Below are positions 39,231 through 51,100 of a DNA stretch of 64,000 bases, piece after piece (the first letter of the stretch is position 1; every line of letters begins with the position of its first letter). This stretch comes from Tubiluchus corallicola (lineage: Eukaryota; Animalia; Priapulida). The notes beneath the pieces are model-generated. The model was not told where the DNA came from. It ran no database searches and saw only the letters and a program-made list of their open reading frames with translations. The DNA is taken from contig JAQGDQ010000018.1 of assembly GCA_030141605.1 (NCBI GenBank), forward strand, positions 930,001 through 994,000. The letters are read 5' to 3'. The translations under genes and the position numbers were made by a program.

Positions 39231-39494
39231 AGTTATGGCGTAAAACTGTCATTTAAAGTTCATGAAATTTTGTATAAATAATCTGTATGCGGTAGCTTTA
39301 ACATAGTAAGTCCAATATGGTTAAAAAAGCTTTTGTATTGGAAATCAGAGATTTATGTTCAGGGTTGGTTTAGCGAAATTCATAGAAATAGACTTTATGT
39401 TAACTATAGTATAGTATAGACTAGTCTAGTATGCAGTATAGGACAGTACGGAAAATTAAATTTCGGTAGATAAAAGACCGACAACAGAGTTTAC

Positions 39495-39706
39495 CTTTAT
39501 TAATTTGATTTTTAATTTACTTTCATATTGTTTGAAAACTGATAACCGAAATATGCCAGAAAATGGTGTTCTACCTTCATCTCCCACAATATGGTGGCGC
39601 GCGTCAGCCACCCTACTACTAGTACTACTTAGTATTCAAACAAAGTTTTGCCTAGAAAGTTATTTGACTTAGTTGAAGCCAGCTGATAGAATTTACTTGT
39701 GTAAGT
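39495..39706. promoter_or_regulatory. Putative bidirectional promoter and PAF1 non-coding first exon
   Basis: GC-rich patch atggtggcgcgcgtcagcc (39591-39609) in AT-rich DNA. Plus-strand donor GTAAGT at 39701, matching an acceptor ttattttttcag that ends at 44052, 63 nt before the PAF1 ATG. Minus-strand donor AAG|GTAAAC at 39495/39494. Confidence 0.42.
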
Positions 39707-40819
39707 CCTGGTCCGTCAAGCACGAATTACCTGCTGTGGATAATAATAATTTATCTGCCTTCAAAGTATAAATCACAGAATAGTATGTAACACAAACAAT
39801 ACACTACAAAATTTAAGAGGGGCAGCATAGCGAAAGACCAAATGGTTATCTAGTGTGCCATCCATAAGTAGTGAGTCTACTAATTTCTGCATTGTGAGCA
39901 AATATTATTAGAACATTATTATATATATTTTACTTATCTAGCTAGCAGCTTCTGTTTAGTTGACATTTAACTGTTTAAGTCTAGGCAGCTGTTAAACAAT
40001 AAACACTGCAGCAGAGTCAAAGCCAAGCCCTGGGGCGGCCTTTTGGATTTTATCTAGAAACTTGGTACGTTTTAGACTGGTTGCTATAACAGCAGGTTGC
40101 AGGCAAAATTGTTTCGCATAAAGTTTGCTCCCATGTCTCGCTTGATATGAACGGCTAACATTAAATGTGTGGTCAGTCGGCAATCAAAAACGTATGTACT
40201 TATATAATAATTGCAGTGTTTACATTACTAGTGCATTTTTAGAACAGAATAATGCAGTATGTACTGTTGTTATTGATATAATAAAAATTGACTTTGTGCA
40301 AAACAAAAAGAATTATGGTTAAAACGAAATGGTGCATCATTTAGTGAAGAAAGGTGTCAAATGTTTAGTGTCGTTAAAACAAAACGTCGCTAAACGGGGA
40401 GGGTTAAGCGAGGACTTATTGTAGAAGCAAGGTTGGAAGCAAGAGAGTCTGTGGTATGTGATTTTTCGTGCTTAGGTATTACATGTATAATTGTATACCT
40501 GTAAGCAGCTAGCAGTAAGAAATATAGGCGATATAAACTATAATGGCAAATTTTTATCTAAATGGGAAGCCAATGTCTTTTCAGAAATGAAAAATTTGAC
40601 TGTGTGACATATTTAAATATATGCAGCTGACTTGATTAATTCGACAGCAGGCCTAGCCATGATTCTGTACATGTTTACACCTTTATGTTAGGACACATGA
40701 GTTGTTAAAACAATCAACTAAGCTATGGGCACTTTTGTCAACAAGTGATAATTGTCTAGGTGCGGCTGGTCACAGCATAAATTGTTTTACAAGTGCTTTT
40801 TTATATTGGACTCATTGGC

Positions 40820-40988
40820 GGGACATTCTGAAAACTTCGTAATAAATGGGGTTTCGTAATAACTAGTTTTGTCTTAACCATAAGTGATTACATAGATTTT
40901 ATTATAACCGTGGCAGGGACGTAACAAAATCACCGTACTACTGAGAGTTTCATTATAAGCCGAATCGTATTACTGGGATTCGACTGTA
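40820..40988. mobile_element. Right end of a Tc1/mariner-type MITE (fragment)
   Basis: Ends with gggattcgactg followed by TA, after ttcgtaataa-type repeats. The left end was not identified. Confidence 0.5.
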
Positions 40989-41735
40989 TTGTCAAACTGA
41001 TACAAGTTTATGAAGTATATAATGTCACAGTTTAAGTTCAGAGATTATTTGTTTAATATTAAACTTACCAGTGTTTAGTTGTAATTATGTTAAAATACTA
41101 ACACTATAGAAATTTCTTAAGAAGGATGTGTAAAATAGGCACATTTACCTTTCCACCTTTCGATTGTTTAATCTATAGTGGAACCTCGTTATCCCCCCCC
41201 CCCGTTCTAACGCCAGCCTAGCCATAGCGCCAACTTTTACCCTATCCCGAATTCCGAATTCCATAATATATTAAATATAGGAAATACCACCAACCTCGCC
41301 TACCATCATCCGCCAATGTATCTGCTGTGCCAAAAGTCTATTTTACATAATAAATCTACTACGTTATAATGCCAACCAAGATAGAGCACAGTGAATTACT
41401 GTTGAAAAACAGCCTTTGTGTGGTAAAAAGCAATGATTTCTGAACAGAAAAACAATTATGGTGTTTAACTTAAGTACAAGATTTCCGGTAGATAAGATTC
41501 AGTACTGAACTAATATGAATTTAATGGCTATTAAAGCTGATTGACTCAAGGTCAAGTTATATGAGGCTGCTATCTACAGTCTTAATTCTTTAGTAATGTT
41601 ACATTGCGAGTGTTGATGGGCCATGAGGGTGCTTATTTCCCTGATCAGCTGCTATCTAATTAACCTGTATTTCACAAAATTGCTTCTCCACATTGTGTTA
41701 CATAAAAGTTTCTCAGTGTAGCGCCATACAACTAC

Positions 41736-42622
41736 AAATGTCATTAAAAATGGTACAGGAAAAACAGACATGGTAAAAATTTCACAGCAAAAAATGGCAC
41801 ACTTAGTTAAATACGTGCTTAGGGTTAGGGTTACAGTGGTGAATAATTATTTTAGTTATTTTACCTCTGCCAAGGAAGTTGTTATGCTGTTTGTTTAGTG
41901 TTTTTTGTTTGTTATGGCAGTAAGCCTATTATGCAAAAACTATCTAGCAGAGTTCCAAGAGAGTTGTGAAGAACTGCGGGCATGGAGTCTCAAAATGGGA
42001 AACTTCGCTAATTCTTTTTTCCTAAAACTTGATCAAACACCACTTACAAAAAAACATGCGTAAAAAACTTCGTAGAGATCTCAGGGAGATTGTTTAGTAG
42101 GGCCTACTTCTTTTTTGTCATCTTCACCTGGACAAACAACTACGAGTTAGTTCCAGGTCCATTTCGAGAAATTGTCACTTGGAAAACTGTGTAGCTCTGT
42201 CTATAATCTTTGCTTATTAATGTGTATAGCCTTATAAGCTGACTTGGTATGTATATTTCTCATTCTATTACCATCTCGAAAATTAATGGTTAAAAAGGTA
42301 GATAGACACTATGTGGAGCATTTGTGCATTATTGATTATAAATCTATGTAATAAACAAATATTTTGTGGGTCTTTGGCTAGTCTTTATAATACCAATACA
42401 TGTACGTTTTTATATGTTTGCTTGTTTATCTTTGTGTTAAACTTTTTGAAACAAAAGAATCAAACGAAAAATTAAGATTGTTCAGCTTTGGCAGAGATTT
42501 GCTTCCTACTGAGTGCATTTTAGTTTTATTATAGAAATCAGTTGCATCAAAATAACTCGTGCCATTTTTTTCCTGTGCCATTTTTACCTACTTTTCCATT
42601 TGTGCCATTTTTACTGCACACC
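41736..42622. mobile_element. Mutator-like MITE with aaaaatggcaca terminal arrays, middle element of the nest
   Basis: Inverted arrays aaaaatgg(c/t)aca and tgtgccattttt, TSD tacaactac (41727-41735) and tagaactac (42623-42631), and a short ttagggttaggg tract. Confidence 0.72.
41861..42526 (+). mobile_element. Helentron-associated (HINE/DINE-1-like) element, inner element of the nest
   Basis: Subterminal inverted repeat acctctgccaa (41863-41873) and ttggcagagat (42488-42498), a tgtt microsatellite after the 5' end, a degenerate 3' palindrome ending gagtgc followed by tagttt, T-rich flanks. Confidence 0.72.
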
Positions 42623-44115
42623 TAGAACTACACCTGCAATGTTAATGCAGCACAAATGTACAGTATAGCACATGTATTGTTGTAGGTGTAATAATATTAT
42701 ACTATTTATCACGTATTAAATTTAAGTAGGAAACAAGATAGAGGTTACACAGTACAAAGGATTTCATTTTAATGAACCTTGCCTTACTGCCCAACCTCAC
42801 TATAGTGCCATATTTGGTGGTGTTCCATACCTGGCGTTATAACGAGGTTTGACTGTAGTCTTGTAGGCATACAAGATTATTTTCCGATAAATCCTATGCT
42901 CTGAGATATTCTGTTTAAGAATGACTGAATGACTTACGAGCTTCATTTTGACTCATGGTGTTTGTGGTGCTACTGAACAACATTCACCACTTAGTATTAC
43001 ATGGCAGCACTGCAAATTTTTTGATCTTTGACATTGTAATGATTGTATTGGCTTTCACGTTTGCCACAGGTGCTGTATTTGCATGCGTTGATGCCCCGAA
43101 AGTGATGTATAAAGTTATATAAACAATTTCGTGAATTTCATTTTTAACCTGTTAAAGGTTTTGTATCACAGTTGTGGATTTATTAAGGTTTTTGGCAAAG
43201 TTGGTTTTAAGCAAACAGTGTGAGTGCATTGAACACAGGCATGTTTAAATTTCTCTTTAAATGCACAGTTGCGTCTGCAATTAATCATGATAAATCTTAA
43301 ATACGGTATTCCATTTCACTGAATTTTTTTAACTGGATAATGATAGTGCACTACTTATTTTTTTTTCAAATTGTATCCAAGCAAAGTAGAAAGTTTTCCA
43401 AATTTTCATGAACAACTAAAAATTTTTTTTTATTTTTATGATCGCATAATTAGCAGTTGCAGAGGGGCCTAGAAGTACAGATTCTTCTGTTTTTTTGACT
43501 GTTGATCATAACTTTTGGTTACTGATGCTCTTTGAATTTTTACATCGATGCCACACAAGCTTGCTGCATTGGCAATTTATAGTCCATTATTGCAAATTCT
43601 AGTATTGTATGAACTGCTAAGTCAAGATACTCTTTGTTGATTTATTTAGCATAACCATTGGGAGTGCAGTTAGGGATCTTGAGTTTTACTGTTAATCAGG
43701 TTGAGACTCACAAAATATTTATTTATTTGTTTGCTTCTCACTGTTGACTGTTTGGGGGGTAAACAGCTAAGTTTTATTTCAGTTGGTTGTTTAGTTTATG
43801 TTGTCTATTTAGCTTGAAAGTTTCACAATATAAGTAGAAGGAGCTTCTTAATTTTCTCTGATATTTCCGATTAGAAGAACATAAAATGGTCTAAAGGTTA
43901 AATAACACAACGAAAATGCTGCAAATTTTCAAGAGCCCAGACCTCTTGGCTGATTGCCTTTGGTACTTGCAGACTCGATCACATCTGAATTCCTCCTTTT
44001 TTACAACCCTATAAAAAGTTAGTATGTTTAATAATGAACTTTATTTTTTCAGATAAAGTAATGTGACAATATAAGTGTAATAACAATCGTACGACAAGAA
44101 TTTTCAAACACGGTA

Positions 44116-45666
44116 ATGGCACCTACTATTCAAACCAAATCTATAGAAGAAAGAGAAAGATCTAAAAGAAGTGGTGAGAAAAAGTCAGATTTAGTAGTGC
44201 GCGTTAAGTATTGCAATACTCTTCCGGATATTCCATTTGATCCAAAGTTTATCACTTATCCTTTTGAGTCAAACAGGTTTGTGCAGTACAACCCAACATC
44301 ACTTGAGAGAAATTATAAGCATGACCTTCTGACTGAACACGATTTAGGTGTTAATATTGACTTGATAGATCCGGACACGTATAAGATTGATCATACTGTG
44401 CTCTTGGATGCTGCAGACGAAAAGCTGCTGGAGGAAGAAGTTGCTACACCTCAAGATTCAAAACGGTCAAGACAGCATAGAAAAAATGTCTCTTGGATGA
44501 GGAAAACTGAATACATTTCTACAGAATATAACAGGTTTACTCCACAAGCAGGTGCCGAAGCTAAAATAGGAGCAGGCAGCGCAAGGAAACGATTCAAGGA
44601 AGATGATATATATAAAGACAGAGAGAGCCAGCTGCAGGCAATTGAAAGTTCATTTCAACAAGCCAAAGAACCAATCGAAAAGCATTATAGTAAGCCTGGT
44701 GTCACTCCTGTTGAAGTATTGCCATTTTTCCCGGATTTCGATATGTGGATACATCCTTGTGCACAGGTGATATTCGACAGTGACCCAGCACCTCAAGGAA
44801 AATCTACATCTGTTCAGAGTGAGGAGATGTCACAAGCCCTGATAAGAGGTATGATGGATGATGAAGGAAATCAATTTGTAGCTTACTTCTTGCCAACTGA
44901 AGAAACTGTAGGAAAACGAAAAAGAGATGCAGAAGACAGTGTTGAATACAGAGATGATGATGTCTATGACTATACTATAGCCCGCTCGTACAATTGGACA
45001 GTCAAAAATAAAGCTTCACGTGGTTACGAAGAAAACTATTTTTGTGTATTCAGAAATGACGCTGTATATTACAATGAATTAGAGACAAAAGTATGCTTGA
45101 GTAAACGACGTTTGAAAGATGGTAGCTTTCAGCATCAAAAATCTCGGTTATTAGTGCAGCACAGATCCTTAACAGAAGCAGAAAGAAACTTGCAGTTGGC
45201 AAGACTAAGGGCACTTGAACCACCCGGAGAAGAGGACGAGGAAATGGAAATAGATCAGGAAGCTGATAAACAAGAAAATGACTCTGGAGATGAGAGTGAT
45301 ATAAAATCTGACCGAGGGAATACAGAAACACTGTCAAATGCCGAAAACGAAATCCTGGGAACACAGTCAAATGACGAAGATGAAAATGTAAACAATGATG
45401 TAGGAAGTCAGCATTCTGATGCCAAGTCCCGCAATAGAAGTGTATCACAATCACCATCTCCTCAGTCTCGTGAAAGGTCTAAATCTCGAAGTCGTTCAAA
45501 ATCACCTAGCGGCAGTGAAAAAGAAGTGGAAAGTCCCGCTGAGAGTGGACAAGAGGAAAGTGATAAAGAAGACAAAAAATCTGATGCTGGTAGTGGAAGT
45601 GAAAACGAAGAAGAAAATCCGGAAAAGGAAATCTTTGGAAGCGTTAGTGGAAGTGATAGCGACTAG
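44116..45666 (+). CDS. PAF1: RNA polymerase II-associated factor 1 (PAF1 complex subunit), single coding exon, 516 aa
   Basis: Uninterrupted ORF. MAPTIQ start, [74 protein letters not shown], an acidic Ser/Arg-rich tail and a final IFGS..SDSD are all typical of Paf1. Confidence 0.97.
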   Translation: MAPTIQTKSIEERERSKRSGEKKSDLVVRVKYCNTLPDIPFDPKFITYPFESNRFVQYNPTSLERNYKHDLLTEHDLGVNIDLIDPDTYKIDHTVLLDAADEKLLEEEVATPQDSKRSRQHRKNVSWMRKTEYISTEYNRFTPQAGAEAKIGAGSARKRFKEDDIYKDRESQLQAIESSFQQAKEPIEKHYSKPGVTPVEVLPFFPDFDMWIHPCAQVIFDSDPAPQGKSTSVQSEEMSQALIRGMMDDEGNQFVAYFLPTEETVGKRKRDAEDSVEYRDDDVYDYTIARSYNWTVKNKASRGYEENYFCVFRNDAVYYNELETKVCLSKRRLKDGSFQHQKSRLLVQHRSLTEAERNLQLARLRALEPPGEEDEEMEIDQEADKQENDSGDESDIKSDRGNTETLSNAENEILGTQSNDEDENVNNDVGSQHSDAKSRNRSVSQSPSPQSRERSKSRSRSKSPSGSEKEVESPAESGQEESDKEDKKSDAGSGSENEEENPEKEIFGSVSGSDSD

Positions 45667-47949
45667 GTGATGGCTGCTATATTGACAATTTGTGACTCTT
45701 AAGTGTTTTATTGTTAACTTGGCTAATTACCATTTTCTACCTGTTGTAATTGCCAGTCTTGTGTATCATTGTAGGATGAATGCAGTGCTGAGCAATAGTA
45801 AACTGGTCACAAATGGCAAATGGAGTAAAAAGAAATTGGTAAACACATACACCTCACATAACTGCAACGGATCATTATTAGTATGTAACTGTTATTAAAT
45901 GCAGTTAAATTTGAGTAGCAACAACAGCAAGTCTGCAATACGTGTGGTTTCAATTTGTGATTTGATGTGTTGAAATCCTTAACAAATTCAAAGAATTTAG
46001 AATTTAGAATTACGTTGTAGTTAAATATAACGTAACATACCTTTTGGTTTTATTCCATTTTTCTGACTTGATAGACTCTTAATTATCTTATTCGACTTGA
46101 TGTGTTACTTGGTTCTTGTGTTTCTGGTCCTCATTATTTGTTTAGTCATTTTTTCATTGTTTCGATCAAATTTAATGTTTTTAGTCAGGTTTTGACAAAC
46201 ATCCTACATGTTGAAGCTCTAATAATTATAAAATTAGGAACGGTGTTTTCAAAATTAGAAACAATTAGGGCAAAAGGATGCTTTCATATTAAAAGTTCTC
46301 TCGTGTGGGTTTATATGGTTTCTTCGTGGACTGAATTTGCTAACTGAATGATTAGCAAATAACAAAAGTGACATTCATCCAGGCTAGCCAGCTTTTGTGG
46401 TGGCTGAGGTTACTGTTTGCCTTTTACATTATTTTCCAGGAGTACTTCAGCACTAAGCTGCCCTTGAGAAACCTGATTGTTTGTAAAAAATGGCTGTTTG
46501 AAACCTGTAAATATTTGCACTTACTGAAAACTTTTTTATACATTCTTAACTATTAATTTAATTTAAATATTTAATTTATTCGTAATTGAAACATCATTTG
46601 TGTGAACACACTAACCGTTTTGAAAATGGTTTCAAAATGGTTTACATTTCTGTGTAAAAAAGGGCAAGAGAAACGCATGTATGAGTCTGTTTTAAAGTTT
46701 AAATTGATAAAAAAAAATCAGCACACTGACTAAAGATAGACTATTAATTAAATCATCAAAGCAAAAATCTTAATATAACGCATGCTACTTGAATTCAAAT
46801 CACATGGAAATAAGATAGTGATTCATGTAAAAGCCTAAAAACTTCATGCAACAGTACCATTCTTAAAGAAACAAATTTTGCTGTATAATACGGATTTTCT
46901 CTTTGTGGTAACACATTAGCTGCAATCTATTGCTGCTTTTTATTTAATGTTGATTAACAGTTGAAGATAAAACTTGGTTAAAAATAAGATTTTTTTTATT
47001 TTAAAATTTTCAAAAGTTTTTAAATTTATAGCACTATTGAATTACTCAATGTGAGAGCTGAAGGCCAAAAAAATAAAACGAACAATGTAGAACCTTACAG
47101 TTTAACTTCTACAAGTAGTTCTAATATAATTATCTTAATACAAAGCGAAAGGTATTTCAAATGTTTTTCAATCGAAATTTGCATTCGGTCTTTTAACTGT
47201 CAGTGGTTCTATGTCTGGTGGTTAATTATTTTGCGTGTGGTCTTTTGACCGGCAATCCTTTGAACTCGAACGTTCGATGCTCAGTTTGCTCGCCTTATTT
47301 TGCAGTTCAGGGATCGCGTCGTGGGAAATAACTTCTATTTAATTTAAATTCAATTTATTGCTCAAATACATGATACATAATGTACATTGGTAAGACAAAA
47401 TACTTTACATACATGTCAAATAGTGCATACATATAAATTAATTAATATAAGCTTTGTGCAAAAAGGTTATTTTCAGTGATAGTAATAATAGTAATTAACA
47501 TTTTTGGTATAATTTGTATTAACATAGATAAGTTAGCTAACTGAATGATAAGCACTGAAATCACAGTTTAATGTTGTATTTTTTAGCAATGCAAGGAAAG
47601 GAACAAAAATGACTTAAATAGTATTTGTTTCAGTTATTTGAACAAAAGTTTATAAGGAATAAACAATGACTGAGTTATTAAAGAATCATGATCAAAGTTT
47701 GCTGCTGAGATGCTGATTTCTTCTTCTGTGGAGATATTGGAGAAGTTATTGGCGACTTAAGTTTCTTGTATTGATTTGGACTACGATCCAAACTTATAAA
47801 TAGCCTATAAGAAAGTAAAAGAAAAAACAATAAATAAACTACATTTTATGCAGTACATAATTACACAGACATGTTTAAAATTTCTCATCTCTTAGGGATT
47901 TGAATACTTCCTAGATTTCCATTCAATTAAATTCAGTTTACTTGCTCAA

Positions 47950-48187
47950 ATACGCGAGGAAAAATAAAATTGGAAAATGGGGCTACGATTTTTATAACTA
48001 TTACACAAAGTACTTTCAATAAGTTATCAGACGACAATTGACAGCTGGTTTGGCGGCTGAAGCTACTAAGCGGTGTACTTTTTGGGTCGAGAAGTAACAG
48101 CCAATATGTCAGCACCCAGCAAACCAAAATTTTTCTGTTAAAACACTGTTAAACCTCCGTTAATCCCCTTTAAAGTGCTTAAACGGA
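47950..48187 (+). promoter_or_regulatory. Putative ERCC4 promoter and 5' UTR
   Basis: CpG-richer stretch just upstream of the ATG, with E2F-like TTTGGCGG (48049-48056) and CCAAT (48101-48105). Confidence 0.35.
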
Positions 48188-51100
48188 ATGAATTCGTTGA
48201 CGTTACTTGATTATGAGCGGGAAATTGTGCTACAGGCATTTCAAGAATCCGCTCTTGTTGTTATGGCAAGGTAAATAAAAGCTCGGTCACAGTCAACATT
48301 AGCTTTTTCCTGCCTTATTAAACACAGTAACTTGTTAGGATAAAATTAATAAATAAAGAAGTGCAACAAACAAATCTGGTTTTAGAAGCAACAGGACTTG
48401 CGTTATCAGCGTGGGTGAGGGCGGAATACTTTGATAAAATTGGTGACTAGCCCACTGAATTGCTAAGTTATCACGATTGCCTTGTGTCGCAAAGAGTTGG
48501 CACTCCTAAACGCCACTCTAGAGATATTGATTTGATTTGATTTATTTCGGTGTAAAATAAGATAAAGTTTTATAATAATATATTTTTACAGAATAAATTC
48601 AATATTCAGACAATGGATTCAAGTGACCTAGTTATTAGAAAAACTGTTATTGTTAACTCTTTGTAACGTGCGAATGCTCACGTCCCCCACCAAGGATATC
48701 ACAGGAACGTGTAGGCAGCTATTTCAGTTGTGGTCCAAAAGAGATCGGAATGCCAATTCATCTACATGAATTATTATAGGTTGCCATAAAGTAAAAATAC
48801 ATGTGTAGGCCTACCTCAGTAAGTCTTCTCTGTAATTACTCCATTTCGTGTTAATGACGCTGAACATTTGACACTTTTCGCTACTTAATGATGCATGTTT
48901 CGTTTTAACAACAATTTTTTATTTTGCTCAAAGTAATTTTTAATTTAGCAACAACGTTTTTCCTAATTTGAAGCATTGAAACAGTATCTATCGTGTTATT
49001 ATGTTCCAAATACACACTTGTAACGTAAAACAATTCAACATTATTTATGTTTTTACTTCCCAACTGACTGCTACATGCTAGTGACTAGTCGTTTTGTATC
49101 AAATCTGTTTGCAGTTGATATGCCTCCAAGCACCCCGGTGGAAACTTTATGCAAAGGAATTTTGCCGGCAACTTGTTGCTATAGCAACCAATGTGGAAAG
49201 CTTGTTTTGTTATGGCATGGCATGGTTAAAAGTGGACTATCAAAATGACTAACTAAACTTAGTTAGTTAGTTAGTTTAATGACTATCAAAAATCAGTTTT
49301 ATTTAAAGTGACGTAATGTTTAAGGGGTAAACCTTGTTTTTAATTTGCTTTGAAACTTTGTTGCTACATTTTAAAGTTATCTTTAGGGTTAAATTGCTTT
49401 CTGAAATTAATTTGCACCATCTGCTGCCTATAATCGTTTCAAATTTAATTGATTTTTGTAGCACTTAAAATAAAGTTTAATATAGTAAGTAATAATTGTA
49501 GGAAAGGAAAACACAAAAAAAAAACAATTAAGGCTTTGCGAACCACACAGATTTGTCAATGTCTTGGGGTCATTAATTTTGCCCAACAAATTATGCACCT
49601 TTACAAGTTTTTTTTATGGCAGGAGGACCAGATGCTAGTTTATTATCAAGATAATCTTCTGAGATGGAATATGGAACTTTCAGAGATGATCACAGTCACA
49701 TTCGGATACGTGTATATGTTCTCTAAATACCAAGAAACGTACAAAATAATTAGCACTTACACTAAAAATAGTTGCCTAAAAGTGTTATTCCTAAGTGGTC
49801 TCTTAACAAATCAGTTGCCAGGCTTGGCATTGCTTAACTTTGGTAGCCTATCACACGCTGTTATTACTCAGTATATGCGTATGTGCAAAGATTAACACGA
49901 TTCACTACCTAGTCGTTCTGATATTACGAGTCTACTTTTTTACTTAACAAGTTGACCATTTTTTTTATTATGTGATCTCTTTTAATCAACACACATAGAT
50001 CAAATAAACTATTTTTTATTGCACATTATCTAAAAGAATTTAGTACAGTTTCAGTAAATTTTATTTGCTATGAAATGACGGTTCGGGTAAAAAACACTTC
50101 TGGGAAATGACAACCCGGGAAAAATTCTTTCTAAGAAAATTGTTTTCTGGGAAACGACTCTACCCTCTGTTTTTTTAGTTTTACTCTTTAACATTTATAA
50201 ATGCAACTTTATAGCTTGTGTATCTGCATTTGACCTGTAACATAGTGGGCTGACCTAAGAACCACCAATACTCGCTTATTTTCTTTAGTGTTTAATATGT
50301 TTATTAACAGCACCATGAAGTGAAGCAGTTAATGTTTCTAGTAATACAGGTTAAGGCAAGCAACAAACTTTACAAAAAAAAAACAATTTTCTTAATCATA
50401 TTCTTTCTGGTGATTCACATTTTTAAATTTTCAGAGGGCTTGGTTTGGATAGAATTTTCTGCTCATTTTTGCAACATTACTGTACAGATGCTGGAAGCCT
50501 TGTTCTTGCACTTAATACTTCTGCAGCAGATGAGGTACTATAATTTTTTTTAAATTGACCCTTGAAGCAGTCTAGACACGCACAGCAATGTTATCAATTT
50601 AGTCTTATTGATAAAATTTATTTCTTCCTGAGAAATGACGTAAAAACACTGGTGTAATTGTTAGCAATTGTCAACCAAAAAAGGGAAAGTTACACATGCA
50701 AATGACAAAAGCGGGTATTTTGGGAGGAACAGAATTATTGTGCACATTATGCACTTTATTATGCACCTTTAGATAATATAGAGAGTGTGAAATTCTAACA
50801 CTTGAAGTTGAATTGATATCATCTTTTCAGGAGCACTTTTGTCAACTCCTTCTCCAGGCAGGTATTAGTCAATTGCCAAAGAACATCACAAGTGATATTG
50901 GGGCTGATGAACGGTAACGTGTTTATCATTTCAACTTACATCTACAAAAACCAATTGAATTTATTTCCTAAGATTTATTTGTACAAAATCTATTTATAGT
51001 GTGTCTGTCAACTGTAAGCCATTATGCTATTTACAGAAGAAACAAGTACTTGGAAGGAGGTGTGTTTTTCGTTACATCTCGCATTTTAGTTGTGGATTTG

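Larger units (their letters stand above)
41176..42855. mobile_element. Tigger/pogo-like MITE, outer element of a triple nest upstream of the PAF1 CDS
   Basis: tagtggaacctcgttat at the left and ataacgaggtttgactg at the right, TA on both sides, internal ccaacc motifs near both ends. Confidence 0.75.

Noticed and set aside
41819-41833. Interstitial telomere (TTAGGG)
   Set aside because: Only about two and a half units, and they lie inside a MITE.
45050-45670. Overlapping ORFs 45050-45457 (-) and 45419-45670 (+)
   Set aside because: Shadow frames of the low-complexity PAF1 tail.
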